This document shows positions 61,954 to 64,000 of a DNA stretch of 64,000 nt, one piece after another. The stretch's first letter is position 1. Every line of letters begins with the position of its first letter. The notes under the pieces are model-generated. The model had not been told where the DNA came from, did no database searches, and saw only the letters and a list, made by a program, of their open reading frames with translations. Source of the DNA: Macrostomum lignano. Taxonomy: Eukaryota. The position numbers were made by a program, and so were the translations under genes. The stretch lies in contig NIVC01000962.1 in NCBI GenBank assembly GCA_002269645.1, forward strand, positions 186,001 to 250,000, given 5' to 3'.

Positions 61954-62360
61954 GCGAGAGAGAAGGAGAGCAGAGATAAATGAGAAAAGATAAGAGAGAC
62001 AAGATAAATGAGACAGGATCGAGATAAGAGAGCAAAGACGAGAGAGAAGACAAGTGAGGGAAGAGACGAGAGAAGAGGGGAGAGAGGAGAGAGGAAAAAG
62101 AGAAGAGATGAGAGAAGAGAAAGAGAGAGGAAAGAGTAGAAAGGAGAGATGATAGAGTAGAGGAGAGATGAGAGAGTAGAGAATAGAGTTGAGAGAAGAG
62201 AGAAGAGAGGAGATAGAGGAGAGCGAGGAATGAGAAGAGAGAGTATAGAGATCAGAGAGGAGAGGAGAGAGAAAAAAGAGAAGAGATGAGAGGAGAGAGA
62301 GAGAAGAGAGGAGAGACGAGGGACGAGAGAGAAGAGAGGAAACAGAAGAGAAGATAGAAG
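60660..62360. repeat. Degenerate GA-rich low-complexity tract
   Basis: Purine-rich on the + strand with internal duplications and (GA)n at about 61870-61950. Confidence 0.9.
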
Positions 62361-62478
62361 TTTCAAAGAATCCAAGGGACGTAGGGAGAGTCAGAGGCAG
62401 AGGCCAGAGTTTGCCAATACATGTTTTAGAGTCAGACAGACATTGCCTGACATTCTGCGCAGCACCCCAGCCAACAAG

Positions 62479-63403
62479 TAGGGATTCCAATCCCGGGATC
62501 CCGGGATTGGGGCCAAAAATCCGGGATTTGAATCCCGGGATTTTTTTGGGAATCGAATCCCGGGATTTTTAATCCCGGGATTGCAAAAGACCGGGATCGG
62601 GATCCCGGGATTTCAAGGCCTTAATCCCGGGATTGGTCCGGGATTAGAACGACCTTTCAATGCCTAAATTAAATAATTTAAAGTCTAAACGTTTATTTGA
62701 ATAATAAAACATTTATTTGTTTTTGCTGTTTCTCAATGAAACGTTAAACATTTGCAAAGCTCCTGTCCTAATTGAGCTAAAAATTGTTAATGTGAACTGT
62801 AAATGATAGATAATTTTAACTTTTTTTTCGCTTTCTACCACGAGACGAGACTGAGGGCCTTTTCATATTGCTTTCTCTGGTTCCAGAACAAGAACCAATT
62901 TGTGAAGTATAAACTTTTTGTCTCCATAACTAGAGGGAGATACGTGCTATAAAGTTTTTATTATTGAATGACAGTCGCCAAGAAGAAAGTGAAAAATCGT
63001 GCAAAGTGAGGCTGTTAAGGCAGTCAAATATTAACAGAGTTTAATAGTTATACTGCTGTTTTTCTTGGAATTCCGAACCGATTCTGGTTCTGGAATTGGT
63101 AATATGAAAAGGCCCTGAGACTCTGAGAGTCGCGAGACCATGACTACTGCACGCGGCACGCCGCACAGTCCGTCTAGCAATTTAGGGATTCCAATCCCGG
63201 GATCCCGGGATCCCGGGATTGGGGCCAAAAATCCGGGATTTGAATCCCGGGATTTTTTTGGGAATCGAATCCCGGGATTTTTAATCCCGGGATTGCAAAA
63301 GCACCGGGATTCCGGGATTTTGAATCCCGGGATTTCAACAGCATCGGGATTTCGGGACTATTCAATCCCGGGATTGTAAAATGTCGGGATTTTGGAATCC
63401 CTA
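62479..63403. mobile_element. hAT-type MITE, 925 bp
   Basis: 12-bp TIRs TAGGGATTCCAA / TTGGAATCCCTA; perfect 8-bp TSD CCAACAAG; many subterminal ATCCCGGGAT palindromes. Confidence 0.9.
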
Positions 63404-64000
63404 CCAACAAGATCAATGTTTGCCTCAAATTCTAATTTTACATGAATGTACTCCTTTTTATGGTTGCCTCTCTGCTAATTATCAACAAGTTTTTGAGTAT
63501 GGCCTCAGATTTCAGAATAGTTCCGGGGATTGGAATTCCCCGGGTTCAAAATCCGCGGGTTTCAACAGCTTGTTGACTTTATAAAACGGGGCCCGCCTTG
63601 TCCGTAGGCAGACAGTCCGAAATCCTGACCAACTTTATCGACTGGGCCTGGAATTTTCAAGCAGAATTTATACCTCTCTACTCCAATGTACATTGGCGGC
63701 CCTCACTCATCTTTATTTGGGGCGGGGTGGGGTGGGGAGTATGTACATTTGCGAACGAAGGAGAACCAGCCTTTATATTGGAGGAACTTGCGGGGGAACG
63801 ACTGCCAAGCCAGCACCATTTCCAGGAAATTTAGCTACCGGACTTGTTCCACCAGTCAAGCCAAGTTAAAGTATAAACTAAATTCAAAGAAGGTAAGATG
63901 TGATGTGATCTCTTCATTTTTGTAATCCTCTCTTCTCGCATATGATCTACTCCTATAGGCGATATAGAGAGACATGGACTTGGACTTTCAAGAAAAAACT

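Overview
Eukaryotic (animal) genomic DNA, not prokaryotic. It has GC-rich exons with canonical GT-AG introns, separated by a dense mosaic of tandem repeats and transposons. This composition resembles free-living flatworm genomes such as Macrostomum, which is an inference only. Five genes could be assembled by reading splice sites and phases. (1) The 3' end of a probable dachshund homolog (+, exons 4033-4116, 4189-4314, 4787-4842). (2) A complete glutamate-cysteine ligase modifier subunit, GCLM (-, 3 exons, 277 aa). (3) A 2-exon class A peptide GPCR of bombesin/CCHamide type carrying YRY instead of DRY (-). (4) A 4-exon, 692-aa type II membrane protein with transferrin-receptor/PSMA (M28B) architecture that lacks most zinc ligands and has a YxxPhi tail motif (+, 31121-51356). 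(5) An intronless-CDS PLAC8/cornifelin-family gene (+). Mobile DNA: a young 2.4-kb LTR element with 192/193-identical LTRs whose single 590-aa ORF encodes Gag-protease-degenerate integrase Zn domain but no RT, RNase H or integrase core; a decayed Crypton-type tyrosine recombinase; head-to-tail Helitron-like elements carrying satellites; two hAT-type MITEs with 8-bp TSDs; and a tRNA-derived SINE with a 14-bp TSD. More than 25 distinct mini/microsatellites account for most of the long ORFs in the supplied track, which are artefacts.
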